A stretch of DNA of 64,000 nt from Heptranchias perlo (Eukaryota): contig NC_090338.1 of assembly GCF_035084215.1 (NCBI RefSeq), positions 40,114,001 to 40,178,000 of the forward strand, read 5' to 3'. Position numbers and translations under genes: made by a program. Below, in pieces: positions 11,523-24,300 of this stretch (position 1 is its first letter; each line of letters opens with the position of its first letter). The notes beneath the pieces were generated by a model. That model worked only from the letters and a program-made list of their open reading frames with translations. It searched no databases and was not told the origin of the DNA.

Positions 11523-11871
11523 ATCTCTAATCGTTTCTACCTGTCCTCATTACTAGCACAGAATTTTAATGATCTCCCCATGCATGTTTTCAATTTTTCC
11601 TGGGCAGGTAAGAGATCTTGAATGTGGCTCAAGTGTTTGCTGTGCCCCAATGTCAACATCAGCCACTTTTATTGGCCAACCATACTCCAGATGCACTGTC
11701 TGTGACGTGGGCTTCCCCCACAATTCACAGTTGGGCCTAAAGGCAGATGCTTCTTTCTCTCTCGCTCCATTTAGAACATAGTTTCAGCAACTTTTATACA
11801 GCTTTTATCATCCCAGTACTTGAATGCAATTAAAACGGCAAAGAAATTACTGGGTTACATTAGCAGAGGTA

Positions 11872-11956
11872 TAACAACAACTTGCATTTACATAGCGCAT
11901 AGCGTAGTAAAACGTCTCAAGGCGCTTCACAGGAACGATTATCAAATAAAATTTGA
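11872..11956 (-). mobile_element. L2-type 3' tail
   Basis: Reverse complement CCTGTGAAGCGCCTTGAGACGTTTTACTACG..ATGTAAATGCAAGTTGTTGTT. Same tail at 44175-44284 and ~52280-52408. Confidence 0.75.
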
Positions 11957-12516
11957 ATAGAATACAAATCAAAAGGTGAATTTCTGCCAGGGTTCTCCTG
12001 CTCATTGACCTTAACTTTGGGACAAGTTTTCTTACTTTTAGATATAGTGCTAAAAATACCAGTGTTAAAAAAGATCTGTTTGTTGGATGGATCCACAGTG
12101 ATGAGTTCAGCTGCATTTTGTGTGGCAGCAGTGCCAAAATAAAGTTTTAAAAAAATCTTTAAAATCAAATAAGTTGGTATTGTATGTTCTGTTCTCTGGC
12201 ATTCTTTTAAATTCAAATTGCTGCTGTGCTTTCAGGAATTAATATTCCTTTATAGCAGGATTTTATTTCCCCCAACTGTAGATTTTTCAAGTAGGCTAAT
12301 TACCTGTAACAGCATGTTCTGAATGCTCACCATTATTTGACAAAATGAACTTATACTAAAACACATCTGATAAGTGCTGCAGCATTGACTTTTTCAATGT
12401 ATCATTTTTGATTCAATTTGCAAGTCTTACCTGTTTTGTTTAAAAGTCAGTGGAGCATAAAAGTTTCCCGTTCTTCAGGTCATATCATGCATTCCAGTGA
12501 AAATTCTACTGATATT

Positions 12517-14246
12517 CATAGAATCATAGAAAGGTTACAGCACGGAAGGAGGCCATTCGGCCCATTGAGTCCGTGTCGGCCCTATGCAAGAGCTAGACCC
12601 ACTCCCCCATCCTATCTCCGTAGCCCTTCAATTTTTTTCCTTTCAAGTACTAATCCAGTTCCCTTTGGAAAGCCACGATTTGAATCTGCCTCCACCACCC
12701 GCTCTGACAGTGCATTCCAGATCAGAACCACTAGCTGCGTAAAAAAGTTTTTCCTCATGTCACCTTTGGTTCTTTTGCCAATCACCTTAAATCTATGACC
12801 TCTGGTTCTTGACCCTTCTACCAATGGGAACAGTTTCTCTCTATCTATTCTGTCTAGCCCCTTCATGATTTTAAATACCTCTATCAAATCTCCTCTCAAT
12901 CTTCTCTGTTCCAAGGAGAACAACTCCAGCTTCTCCAGTCTGTCCACATAACTAAAGTCCCTCATCCCTGGAATAATTTTAGTAAATCTTTTCTGAACCC
13001 CCTCTAAGTCCTTCACATCTTTCCTAAAGTGCGGTGCCCAGAACTGGACACAATACTCCAGTTGTGGTCCAACCAGTGTTTTATAAAGGTTCATCATGAC
13101 TCCCTTGCTTTTGTAAACTATGCCTGTATTTATAAAGCCCAGGATCCCGTATGCTTTTTTAACAGCTATCTCAACCTGCCCTGCCACCTTCAATGATTTG
13201 TGCACATGTATCCCCAAATCTCTGATCCTGTACCCCTTTTAGAATTGTGCCCTTTAGTTTATATTGCCTCTCCTCGTTCTTCCTACCAAAATGTATCACT
13301 TCGCATTTTTCTGCATTAAATTTCATCTGCCACGTGTCCGCCCATTTCACCAGCCTGTCTATATCCTCTTGAAGTCTATCACTATCCTCCTCACTGGTTA
13401 CTACCCTTCCAAGTTTTGTGTCATCTGCAAATTTGGAAATTGTGCCCTGTACACCCAAGTCATTAATATATATCAAGAAAAGCAGTGGTCCTCATACCGA
13501 TCCCTGGGGAACACCACTGCACATCTCCCTCCAGTCTGAAAACAACTGTTCACCACTATTATCTGTTTCCTGTCCCTCAGTCAATTTTGTATCCAAGCTT
13601 CTACTGCCCCCTTTATTCCATGGGCTTCAATCTTGATGACAAGCCTATTATGCGGCACTTTATCAAACGCCTTTTGAAAATCCATACACACCTCATGAAC
13701 CGCATTGCCCTCATCTGCCCTCCCTGTTACCGCATCAAAAAACTCTATCAAGTTAGTTAAATACGATTTGCCTTTAACAAATCCATGCTGCCTTTTCCTA
13801 ATCAGTCCACACTTGTCCAAGTGACTGCTAATTCTATCCCAGATTATCGTTTCTAAAAGTTTCCCCACCATCGAGGTTAAACGGACTGGCCTGTAGTTGC
13901 TGCGTTTATCCTTGCACCCTTTTTTGAACAATGATGTAACATTTGCAATTCTCCAGTCCCCTAGCACTACCCCCGTATCTAAGGATGTTTGCAAGATTAT
14001 GGCCAGTACCTCCACAATTTCCGCCCTTACTTCCCTCAGCAACCTAGGATGCATCCCATCCGGACCAGGTGACTTTTCTACTTTAAGTTCAGCTAGCCTT
14101 TCAAGTACCTCCTCTATCAATTTTTAGCCCATCCAGTATCTCAACCACATCTTCCCTTACTGAGACTCTGGCAGCATCTTCTTCCTTGGTAAAGACAGAT
14201 GCATTGTACTCACTTAGTACCTCGGCCATGCCCTCCGCCTCCATGA
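12517..14246 (-). mobile_element. CR1 LINE, 5'-truncated
   Basis: ORFs 13581-14120, 13171-13476 and 12612-13217 (RT motifs, FADD), with (ATTCTATG)n tail at 12517-12530. Confidence 0.96.
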
Positions 14247-14249
14247 TAG

Positions 14250-14888
14250 AGAATAGAGGGTATGGGGGCAGGGCAGGAAGAGGTAATTAGCTTTGGAGGA
14301 AGCTTGTGTGAAGTATAAACATTAGCGTAGAACAATTGGGCCAAATGGCCTGTTTCTGTGCTGTAGATTCTCTATGTATACTCACATATTTTTGAGGCCA
14401 TTCTGATAAAAGGTCCATACCTGAAACTTTGATTTTTCTGTTCTCTCCAACAGAGGTTACATGATTTCCTGAGTGTTTCCAGTATTTTCTGCTTTTGTTT
14501 CAGCTTTTCACCATCTGCAGTATTTTGATTTTTGCTTCTGAAGCAGGTGAATCTTTTATGTCAATAATGATCAACCAGAGATTGACTCTGGATCTTACAT
14601 AGTGATCACTCGGAAACAATGTTGTGCATGGACTCCCTTACGACTGCTTCCTCCACCCGCGGTAAACATTGGTAATTGATGTGGTAAAAACAGAGTGGGA
14701 CATCCATCAACTGAAATTGAGGGTGGTAAGTTGGCTCAGTAGCATTTCTTTATCTTGTATACATAGAGAATCTACAGCACAGAAACAGGCCATTTGGCCC
14801 AATTGTTCTACGCTAATGTTTATACTTCACACAAGCTTCCTCCAAAGCTAATTACCTCTTCCTGCCCTGCCCCCATACCCTCTATTCT
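14250..14888. repeat. Perfect 132-bp inverted repeat (14250-14381 / 14757-14888), 375-bp spacer
   Basis: Base-by-base reverse-complement identity of both arms. The arm sequence is a diverged CR1 3' UTR. Confidence 0.93.
14401..14535 (+). mobile_element. Old Penelope-like terminal fragment with degenerate hammerhead
   Basis: CTGATAA-AAGGTCCATACCT-GAAAC followed by ..TTTCCAGTATTTTCTGCTTTTGTTTCAG..CATCTGCAGTATTTTG, typical of PLE ends. The core CUGANGA is mutated. Confidence 0.55.
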
Positions 14889-15362
14889 TTTTTGCCTCCT
14901 GTATACATCAAGTCTCTCCTTAAATGAATCAATACAATCTGCTTCAACCAGTTAAGTGGCAGCCAGTAAAGAAATTCCTCCTAAATTCTTTATTTGATCT
15001 GTTAGTGGCTATCTTTTGTTTATGCTCCTTTGTTCTGGACTCACCTATAAGTGGAAGCAGTTTCTCCATGTCCACCCTATGAAACCACTTGTTAATTTAA
15101 AGACCTTTATCAATTCTCCTCTTAGTCTTTTCTTTTCCAGAGAAAAGAACACCAGCCTGCTCCATCTTTCCTGATAGTGCGGAAAAGATTTCCCGGATGT
15201 TACGAGAATTGAGAGGATGCAACTTTCTCCAGTGCTTCAATATCTTTATTGTAGTAAGGAGAATAGAACCACACACAATACTCCAAGTGTGGTCGAATCA
15301 AGGTTCTACATAAATTGAACATTACGTCTCTGCTTTTGTATTCTATTCCTTTAGAATTCCTT

Positions 15363-17148
15363 TAAAAAGGGCAAAAGAGTAACTAGGGAGAGAGTAGGGC
15401 CTCTTAAGGATCAACAAGGTCATCTATGTGCGGAACCACAAGAGATGGGTGAGATCCTGAATGAATATTTCACATCTGTATTTACGGTTGAGAAAGGCAT
15501 GGATGTTAGGGAACTTGGGGAAATAAATTGTGATGTCTTGAGGAGTGTACATATTACAGAGAGGGAGGTGCTGGAAGTCTTAACGCGCATCAAGGTAGAT
15601 AAATCTCCGGGACCTGATGAAATGTATCCCAGGACGTTATGGGAGGTTAGGGAGGAAATTGCGGGTCCCCTAGCAGAGATATTTGAATCATCGCCAGCTA
15701 CAGGTGAGGTGCCTGAAGATTGGAGGGTAGCAAATGTTGTGCCTTTGTTTAAGAAGAGCGGCAGGGAAAAGCCTGGGAACTACAGACCGGTGAGCCTGAC
15801 ATCTGTAGTGGGTAAGTTGTTCGAGGGTATTCTGAGAGACAGCATCTACAGGCATTTGGAGAGGCAGGGACTGATTAGGAACAGTCAGCATGGTTTTGTG
15901 AGAAGAAAATCATGTCTCACGAATTTGATTGAGTTTTTTGAAGGGGTAACCAAGAAGATAGATGAGGGCTGTGCAGTAGACGTGGTCTACATGGACTTCA
16001 GCAAAGCCTTTGACAAGGTACCGCATGGTAGGTTGTTACATAAGGTTAAATCTCACGGGATCCAAGGTGAGGTAGCCAATTGGATTGACGACAGAAGACA
16101 GAGGGTGGTTGTAGAGGGTTGTTTTTCAAACTGGAGGCCTGTGTCCAGCGGTGTGCCTCAGGGATCGGTGCTGGGTCCGTTGTTATTTGTTATTTATATT
16201 AATGATTTGGATGAGAATTTAGGAGGCATGGTTAGTAAGTTTGCAGATGACACCAAGATTGGTGGCATTGTGGACAGTGAAGAAGGTTATCTAGGATTGC
16301 AACGGGATCTTGATAAATTGTTCCAGTGGGCCGATGAATGGCAGATGGAGTTTAATTTAGATAAATGTGAGGTGATGCATTTTGGTAGATCGAATCAGGC
16401 CAGGACCGTTAATGGTAGGGCGTTGGGGAGAGTTATAGAACAAAGAGATCTAGGAGTACAGGTTCATAGCTCCTTGAAAGTGGAGTCACAGGTGGATAGG
16501 GTGGTGAAGAAGGCTTTCGGCATGCTTGGTTTCATTGGTCAGAACATTGAATACAGGAGTTGGGATGTCTTGTTGAAGTTGTACAAGACATTAGTAAGGC
16601 CACACTTGGAATACTGTGTACAGTTCTGGTCACCCTATTACAGAAAGGATATTATTAAACTAGAAAGAGTGCAGAAAAGATTTACTAGGATGCTACCGGG
16701 ACTTGATGGTTTGACTTATAGGGAAAGGTTAGATAGACTGGGACTTTTTTCCCTGGAGAGTAGGAGGTTAAGGGGTGATCTTATAGAAGTCTATAAAATA
16801 ATGAGGGGCATAGATAAGGTAGATAGTCAAAATCTTTTCCCAAAGGTAGGGGTGTCTATAACGAGGGGACATAGATTTAAGGTGAGAGGGGAGAGATACA
16901 AAAGGGTCCGGAGGGGCAATTTTTTTACTCAAAGGGTGGTGAGTGTCTGGAACGAGCTGCCAGAGGCAGGTACAATTTTGTCTTTTAAAAAGCATTTGGA
17001 CAGTTACATGGGTAAGATGGGTATAGAGGGATATGGGCCAAGTGCAGGCAATTGGGACTAGCTCAGTGGTATAAACTGGGCGACATGGACATGTTGGGCC
17101 GAAGGGCCTGTTTCCATGTTGTAACTTCTATGATTCTATGATTCTATG
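15363..17148 (+). mobile_element. Young CR1 LINE, 5'-truncated (RT only)
   Basis: 538-aa open RT ORF, (ATTCTATG)n tail, near-identical to 22867-24797 and 36322-38066. Confidence 0.97.
15445..17061 (+). CDS. CR1 ORF2 reverse transcriptase C-terminal half (open; endonuclease missing)
   Basis: KSPGPD, NYRPVSLTS, QHGF, DFSKAFD, GVPQGS, KFADD, HLEYCVQFW, with three small in-frame deletions relative to sister copies. Confidence 0.88.
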   Translation: MGEILNEYFTSVFTVEKGMDVRELGEINCDVLRSVHITEREVLEVLTRIKVDKSPGPDEMYPRTLWEVREEIAGPLAEIFESSPATGEVPEDWRVANVVPLFKKSGREKPGNYRPVSLTSVVGKLFEGILRDSIYRHLERQGLIRNSQHGFVRRKSCLTNLIEFFEGVTKKIDEGCAVDVVYMDFSKAFDKVPHGRLLHKVKSHGIQGEVANWIDDRRQRVVVEGCFSNWRPVSSGVPQGSVLGPLLFVIYINDLDENLGGMVSKFADDTKIGGIVDSEEGYLGLQRDLDKLFQWADEWQMEFNLDKCEVMHFGRSNQARTVNGRALGRVIEQRDLGVQVHSSLKVESQVDRVVKKAFGMLGFIGQNIEYRSWDVLLKLYKTLVRPHLEYCVQFWSPYYRKDIIKLERVQKRFTRMLPGLDGLTYRERLDRLGLFSLESRRLRGDLIEVYKIMRGIDKVDSQNLFPKVGVSITRGHRFKVRGERYKRVRRGNFFTQRVVSVWNELPEAGTILSFKKHLDSYMGKMGIEGYGPSAGNWD

Positions 17149-17268
17149 AAATGAACCCCAGTACTTTGAACTCTTAATGGCCTTATCAAATTGCATTGAT
17201 ATTTTTAGCGATTTATGTATGTGTATTCCCAGATCTCTTTGCTCCTCTACCCTATTTAGTTTCTTACC

Positions 17269-18745
17269 TGTGGGGAATTCCTTATTTTGTGTGATTCTTG
17301 GTCACTGGGCAAATGGTCAAGCAAAGAAAGCCACCCTGACTCATGATAGTTTCGTTAATCAAAAGTAATTATTTAATGATGTTATCATTCATATGAGCAT
17401 TCATGAAGCAAAATCAAACCGTACAAATGACTTTCCTTTATAATATACCACTCTGGAGTTGAAAAGAATGAGAGGTGATCTTATTGAAACATATAAGATC
17501 CTGAGGGGACTTGAAGCGGTAGATGCTGAGAGGATGTTTCCTCTTGCGGGAGAGACTAGAACTAGGGGACACAGTTTAAAAATAAGGGGTCTCCTATTTA
17601 AGATGGAGATGAGGAGATTTTTTTTTCTCTCAGAGGGTCATGAGTCTGTGTAACTCCCTTCCCCAGAGAGCGGTGGAGGCAGGGTCATTGAATATTTTTA
17701 AGGCTGACTTAGATAGATTCCTAATTAACAAGGGAGTCAAAGGTTATAGTCGGTAGACGGGAAAGTAGGGCTGAGGTCACAATCAGATCAGCCGTGATCT
17801 TATCAAATGGCAGAGTAAGCTCGAGGGGCCGAATGGCCTACTCCTGCTCCTAATTCATAAGTTCGTGTACACTTAATAATTCACAATGTTATTATGTAAT
17901 GACTTAACAATTCAGTCACACATCAGGCAAATCATTAATACATACACAACCTTTAAACCAAGGCTTTTGCTCATCGGGCCTGAAGGTTGATCAGTTCTTC
18001 AGAACTCGAGGTCCTCTTCTTCTTGCATGATGTTCAACTGCAGTGTGTGTTCCTTTTGACTGCCGGATGGTCAAGAAGACTGTTCTCTCAAAGTCTTCTT
18101 TTTATATTGTTTTTTTACCAATAGGATGTAGGACTGGGACATGTCAATCTTTTTGTCCAAATGCTCCCTGTTGCTATGCCTCAATCATTAACATACTTCA
18201 ATGATTGACAGTTTAGGCTTTGATCATTTAACTGGAGACCCTTTGATGTAGAAAAGACCATTTGCTCGAACTATGGATTGTAAAAGGTCACTTTACTGTC
18301 TCTGTTTATGGCCTTTCATGTAGAGATAGCCCCTTTCATTTCTATGCACAGACGTACTTAATGGTCCTGACGTCTCCAATTTTGATTGCTTCAGTGGCTT
18401 CAAATCCATTCCTTATACCATTTGACCAGAGACTGGATGCAATACTATTTGATGTTTTACAAATCCCAGTTCTTTGAATAGACTACCAGATAGGAATGAA
18501 AGAGCCAATGCCTTTTCACACCATCATTGCTTTCCTGATCCGAAGCCTTTGATGTATGTCCTTGTTGCCTTTTCTTACATTACCCCCTGCTGTGTTGAAA
18601 AGATTGTGCTTCCAAAAGCCTATGTGTTTTGAAAGCCTGACAACGCTTTAAGCTCAATATTATCCATCCAGTTTATTTATTTAAAAATCTAGATATCTGT
18701 CCGCAGTACAATTTCTTCAATCCCAAAATTCATACTTCTCCATCA
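17269..18745 (-). mobile_element. Probable solo LTR (contains CR1 fragment 17452-17870)
   Basis: Starts TGTGGGGAAT and shares CAAAGAAAGCCAC..TAGTTT..AATC..TTATTTA with 61868-61980. It interrupts the old CR1. The right boundary is uncertain. Confidence 0.4.
17452..17870 (+). mobile_element. CR1 3' fragment
   Basis: RMRGDLIETYKIL..TRGHSLKIRG, with 3' UTR GGCCGAATGGCCTACTCCTGCTCC. Confidence 0.9.
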
Positions 18746-19043
18746 GCGTCAGGGAGGGTAAAACAGGATTTGCGAGAACACAGTTTACCACATTACCGTG
18801 TTTGCAGGTTTTCAAATGTCTTTGTTTAAAAGTGGTATAGTTAACCCTTTCCTTCAAATGTCTTTTGTTAAAGGGGTTTTGACCCCACAACCTTCTCCCT
18901 TTTTATATTCCTCAAGCTCTGGTGGAAATCCACAATTACTCCAATAAGCTCCCATTGCAACAACGTTACCTTTTTAATTAATGCCGCTTACTTAGTGCTT
19001 TTCATTAGGAGCAATGAAAACAGCTAAGATTGTTGGAAATAAT

Positions 19044-19820
19044 GGGGCAGAAATCGCTCAGGATAATGGAGAGCTCAACAGCGCTCTCCGTTGTTAGTGC
19101 CGAAATGGAGGAGCAAGTTCCGGCGTTCGCACATGCGCAGTGAAACGTGGAAATCTGGAATTTGCTCCTATTGGTTCACCGGTGATATGACAGCTTTGAA
19201 TTAAAGGCCTATCTGATGCTGCAATCAGAGAAATCATTGAAAAAGTGCAAACTTGCTTATCTGCCCAGCTGGAAAGTAACTAATTACGCCACAAAACAGG
19301 TATGCTTAAAAATGCAGGTCTAAACTTTTAACAGCGCGGTAAGTCTAAATGACTGCCAAACAACTAAAAATTAACTTTTAAAAATGTGGAGTCTCATTAC
19401 TCCATATTTTAATAGTTTTTGGTCATTAAGAAAACTTTTTTAAAAATTAAAAGAATTTTTTTTTTACTTTTCCCTTCTGTCTCTTTTATTTAATTCATTT
19501 ATTTCTTACCACCTTTTTTTCGCTGTCTATAAACTGTTTTTACATTGATTTTAATGTTGTACCTTTCACTTCCTGGTTTAACAATTCAAGCCAGCAGAGA
19601 CAGTGAATGCAGCTTGTCAAAAATGCTGCGTTCTAATTGGTCGAGGGGAGAGATCGGTCCTCTCACTTCTCCCAAGGTCCTAGCTTCACTTGAACTAACG
19701 CTGGGCCCTTCTCCTCTTCCTATTAGAGGAAGTAGCCACCGAAAAGTTAGTGGGTTAGTCTAAATCTACGGAGTGGCGAGCAGTGATGGTGCCCATTGTT
19801 TTTTGCACAAGTGCACAAAA
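19044..19820. mobile_element. Old Harbinger-type non-autonomous element/MITE
   Basis: GGGGCAGAAAT start like other shark-type MITE ends, with a CpG-rich CGCACATGCGCAGT motif. The right end is unclear. Confidence 0.4.
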
Positions 19821-19975
19821 TTCATCTAGCACATCCACAGCTTGTGGGTAAAACATGACCCTATGGTAAATAGGGTCTTATGGCATGTTTACACTACAAC
19901 TAGTCATCTACACTACTAGTAAAGAAACAAAATGGCTGTGAAGGTCCTAAGCACACTGATTTATTTATAGTCACT

Positions 19976-20082
19976 GGGGATAATTTTGACTTCAAATGGA
20001 AACGAAAATCAGGAGATGTTTAACGGGTTGCCGAGCCAATATCGCGTGTTTTACACTATTGGCCAAAGTCAAAATTACCCCC
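19976..20082. mobile_element. Short MITE (PIF/Harbinger-type, 3-bp TSD)
   Basis: TIRs GGGGATAATTTTGACTT / AAGTCAAAATTACCCCC, TSD ACT. A related partial copy lies at ~29815-29914. Confidence 0.8.
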
Positions 20083-21370
20083 ACTGTGTTTTGGGAAGAA
20101 AAGCAGGGAATCTAAGAACTAAAAATATTGAAATGAATTGGTGTTTGATTTTGTAGACTAGTTTGCAACCTTAAAATTTTGCATTGCGGTAATTGGACAG
20201 TATTGGATAATTTTGTAGGCATTTTTTCTACAGCTCCTAAATTGGGTTTGATCTTATCAGTTAATCTTTTATAATGGATTTGTTGTTCATCAAGGTGAGG
20301 GATGTTAATGTTGGGGAATTCAATACTTTCCCATTTCAGGCACCCAATGTCAACATGAAGCACTTTCAGCTCAGGTAAAGATAGTTAAATTCATAGTAAA
20401 GTTTTTTCAACTCTGCTTCAATAATATGCCTTAATGTAAGTTCAGCATTAAATGAGCATCACTCTCTACCAGTGTGGCATTTTCCATTTCCCATACCAGT
20501 CATACTGTGGATCTTCGAATGAAACTTACAATTTAGTGCGATTAGTACCAAACTAAGAACATCTTTGTATTGTGGAACCATGTCCACCAGGAACTGAGCT
20601 AAGACTTAACAAATTAATTTCACGTAGTACCGTTACAATCACAGTCCAATGTTTTATTGATTAATGAACAAATTAAAATGTCCTTTATTCACAAATAAAC
20701 ATTTTTACATGATTTTTAAAAAAAAATTATATATTTAAGGTTCTATATTTCAGATTCAGCAAGTCTCAATTCAATATGTTCATAAAACTATTAATTTCAT
20801 TGCTGTATGTTTAATCAACATGTTAAAACTATTACCTCCAAAATAGTTATCAATGTGTACGAATAGACCATCAGTATAAAGAAACCTTCAAGTTTTTTTT
20901 ATGTGTAAATGTATAAAACATTTTTTTTAAGTCCCATCTTGTTGATTTTCGATGTATGCAGCAGCCAAAAAACATGTGTAAGTTTGTAAATTGGAGACCA
21001 GTGTTCATAAATTAGCATACTTAACTGTAATCTCAATATTTTTGTGATTTGACAAATTACATTCTCACTGTTCATCATGGTACAGCTGTAAAATGCTTTA
21101 CACCATGAAGATGTTATACTTTTCAGTCTGTGTGCCTAAAGTAGTAAAGTGTTACATGATAAAAAAAATTCAAAAATGGCTGAGGTGAGAACTGGACTAA
21201 GAACCCAAAGTAACCCAATTGGATGATTTTTGTTTATTCATAAATAACACGGCTAAGCAAAATTTAGACCACTTTGGGATCTTTTCAAAAAGTACAGCAT
21301 TTTTATTCTGCTCCATTATTAGTTGTTGTCATTTTGGTGACACAAGGTTATCTGTGACAGTTTTAAAAAA

Positions 21371-24300
21371 TTCGTTCATGGGATGTGGGCATCGCTGGCG
21401 AGGCCGGCATTTATTGCCCATCCCTAATTGCCCTTGAGAAGGTGGTGGTGAGCCGCCTTCTTGAACCGCTGCAGTCTGTGTGGTGACAGTTCTCCCACAG
21501 TGCTGGTAGGAAGGGAGTTCCAGGATTTTGACCCAGCGACGATGAAGGAACGGCGATATATTTCCAAGTCGGGATGGTGTATGACTTGGAGGGGAACGTG
21601 CAGATGGTGTTGTTCCCATGTGCCTGCTGCTCTTGTCCTTCTAGGTGGTAGAGGTCACGGGTTTGGGAGGTGCTGTCGAAGAAGCCTTGGCGAGTTGCTG
21701 CAGTGCATACTGTGGATGATACTCACTGCAGCCACTGTGTGCCGGTGGTGAAGGGAGTGAATGATAGGGTGGTGGATGGGGTGCTTTGTCCTGGATGGTG
21801 TTGAGCTTCTTGAGTGTTGTTGGAGCTGCACTCATCCAAGCAAGTGGAGAGTATTCCATCACACTCGTGACTTGTGCCTTGTAGATGGTGGAAAGACTTT
21901 GGGGAGTCAGGAGGTGAGTCACTCACCGCAGAATACCCAGCCTCTGATCTGCTCTTGTAGCCACAGTATTTATATGGTTGGTCCAGTTAAGTTTCTGGTC
22001 AATGGTGACCTCCAGGATGTTGATGGTGGGGGATTCGGCGATGGTAATGCCGTTGAATGTCAAGGGGAGGTGGTTAGACTCTCTCTTGTTGGAGATGGTC
22101 ATTGCCTGGCATTTGTCTGGCGCAAATGTTACTTGCCCCTTATCATCCCAAGCCTGGATGTTATCCAGGTCTTGCTGCATGCGGGCTTGGACTACTTCAT
22201 TATTTGAGGAGTTGCGAATGGAACTGAACACTGTGCAATCATCAGCGAACATCCCCATTTCTGACCTTATGATGGAGGGAAGGTCAGTGATCAAGCAGCT
22301 GAAGATGGTTGGGCCCAGGACACTGCCCTGAGGAACTCCTGCAGCAATGCCCTGGGGCGGAGATGATTGGCCTCCAACAACCACTACCATCTTCCTTTGT
22401 GCTAGGTATGACTCCAGCCACTGGAGAGTTTTCCCCCTGATTCCCATTGACTTCAATTTTACTAGGGCTCCTTTGTGCCACACTCGGTCAAATGCTGCCT
22501 TGATGTCAAGGGCAGTCACTCTCACCTCACCTCTGGAATTCAGCTCTTTTGTCCATGTTTGGACCAAGACTGTAATGAGGTCTGGAGCCAAGTGGTCCTG
22601 GCGGAACCCAAACTGAGCATTGGTGAGCAGGTGCTGCTTGATAGCACTGTCGACGACACCTTCCAATCACTTTGCTGATGATTGAGAGTAGACTGATGGG
22701 GTGATAACTGGCTGGATTGGATTGTCCTGCTTTTTGTGGACAGGACATACCTGGGCAATTTTCCATATTGTCGGGTAGATGCCAGTATTGTAGCTGTACT
22801 GGAACAGCTTGGCTAGAGGTGCAGCTAGTTCTGGAGCACACGTCTTCAGCACTACAGCCGGGATGTGGATCCCTTGAAGAGTATAGAGATTGCCGGAGTA
22901 GAGTTAAGAGACAAATCAGGAGGGCAAAAAGGGGACATGAGATTGCTTTGGCAGATAAGGCAAAGGAGAATCCAAAGAGCTTCTACAAATACATAAAGGG
23001 CAACAGAGTAACTAGGGAGAGAGTAGGGCCTCTTAAGGATCAACAAGGTCATCTATGTGCGGAACCACAAGAGATGGGTGAGATCCTGAATGAATATTTC
23101 ACATCGGTATTTACGGTTGAGAAAGGCGTGGATGTTAGGGAACTTAGGGAAATAAATTGTGATGTCTTGAGGAGTGTACATATTACAGAGAGGGAGGTGC
23201 TGGAAGTCTTAACGCGCATCAAGGTAGATAAATCCGATGAAATGTATCCCTGGACGTTATGGGAGGTTAGGGAGGAAATTGCGGGTCCCCTAGCAGAGAT
23301 ATTTGAATCATCGCCAGCTACAGGTGAGGTGCCTGAAGATTGGAGGGTAGCAAATGTTGTGCCTTTGTTTAAGAAGGGTGGCAGGGAAAAGCCTGGGAAC
23401 TACAGACCGGTGAGCCTGACATCTGTAGTGGGTAAGTTGTTCGAGGGTATTCTGAGAGACAGGATCTACAGGCATTTGGAGAGGCAGGGACTGATTAGGA
23501 ACAGTCAGCATGGTTTTGTGAGTGGAAAATCATGTCTCACGAATTTGATTGAGTTTTTTGAAGGGGTAACCAAGAAGATAGATGAGGACTGTGCAGTAGA
23601 CGTGGTCTACATGGACTTCAGCAAAGCCTTTGACAAGGTACCGCATGGTAGGTTGTTACATAAGGTTAAATCTCACGGGATCCAAGGTGAGGTAGCCAAT
23701 TGGATACAAAATTGGATTGACGACAGAAGACAGAGGGTGGTTGTAGAGGGTTGTTTTTCAAACTGGAGGCCTGTGACCAGCGGTGTGCCTCAGGGATCGG
23801 TGCTGGGTCCGCTGTTAATTGTTATTTATATTAATGATTTGGATGAGAATTTAGGAGGCATGGTTAGTAAGTTTGCAGATGACACCAAGATTGGTGGCAT
23901 TGTGGACAGTGAAGAAGGTTATCTGGGATTGCAACGGGATCTTAATAAATTGGGCCAGTGGGCCGATGAATGGCAGATGGAGTTTAATTTAGATAAATGT
24001 GAGGTGATGCATTTTGGTAGATCGAATCGGGCCAGGACCTACTCCGTTAATGGTAGGGCGTTGGGGAGAGTTATAGAACAAAGAGATCTAGGAGTACAGA
24101 TTCATAGCTCCTTGAAAGTGGAGTCACAGGTGGATAGCGTGGTGAAGAAGGCATTCGGCATGCTTGGTTTCATTGGTCAGAACATTGAATACAGGAGTTG
24201 GGATGTCTTGTTGAAGTTGTACAAGACATTAGTAAGGCCACACTTGGAATACTGTGTACAGTTCTGGTCACCCTATTATAGAAAGGATATTATTAAACTA

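Larger units (their letters stand above)
14757..17268 (-). mobile_element. Old CR1 3' fragment (14757-15357 + 17149-17268) split by a young CR1
   Basis: Reverse complement contains RPHLEYCV..WFYSPYYNKDI-like sequence and a CR1 3' UTR, and resumes after 17148. Confidence 0.8.

Noticed and set aside
11917-12216. 99-aa ORF as host exon
   Set aside because: No recognisable domain, no convincing splice sites, and it runs into an L2 tail.
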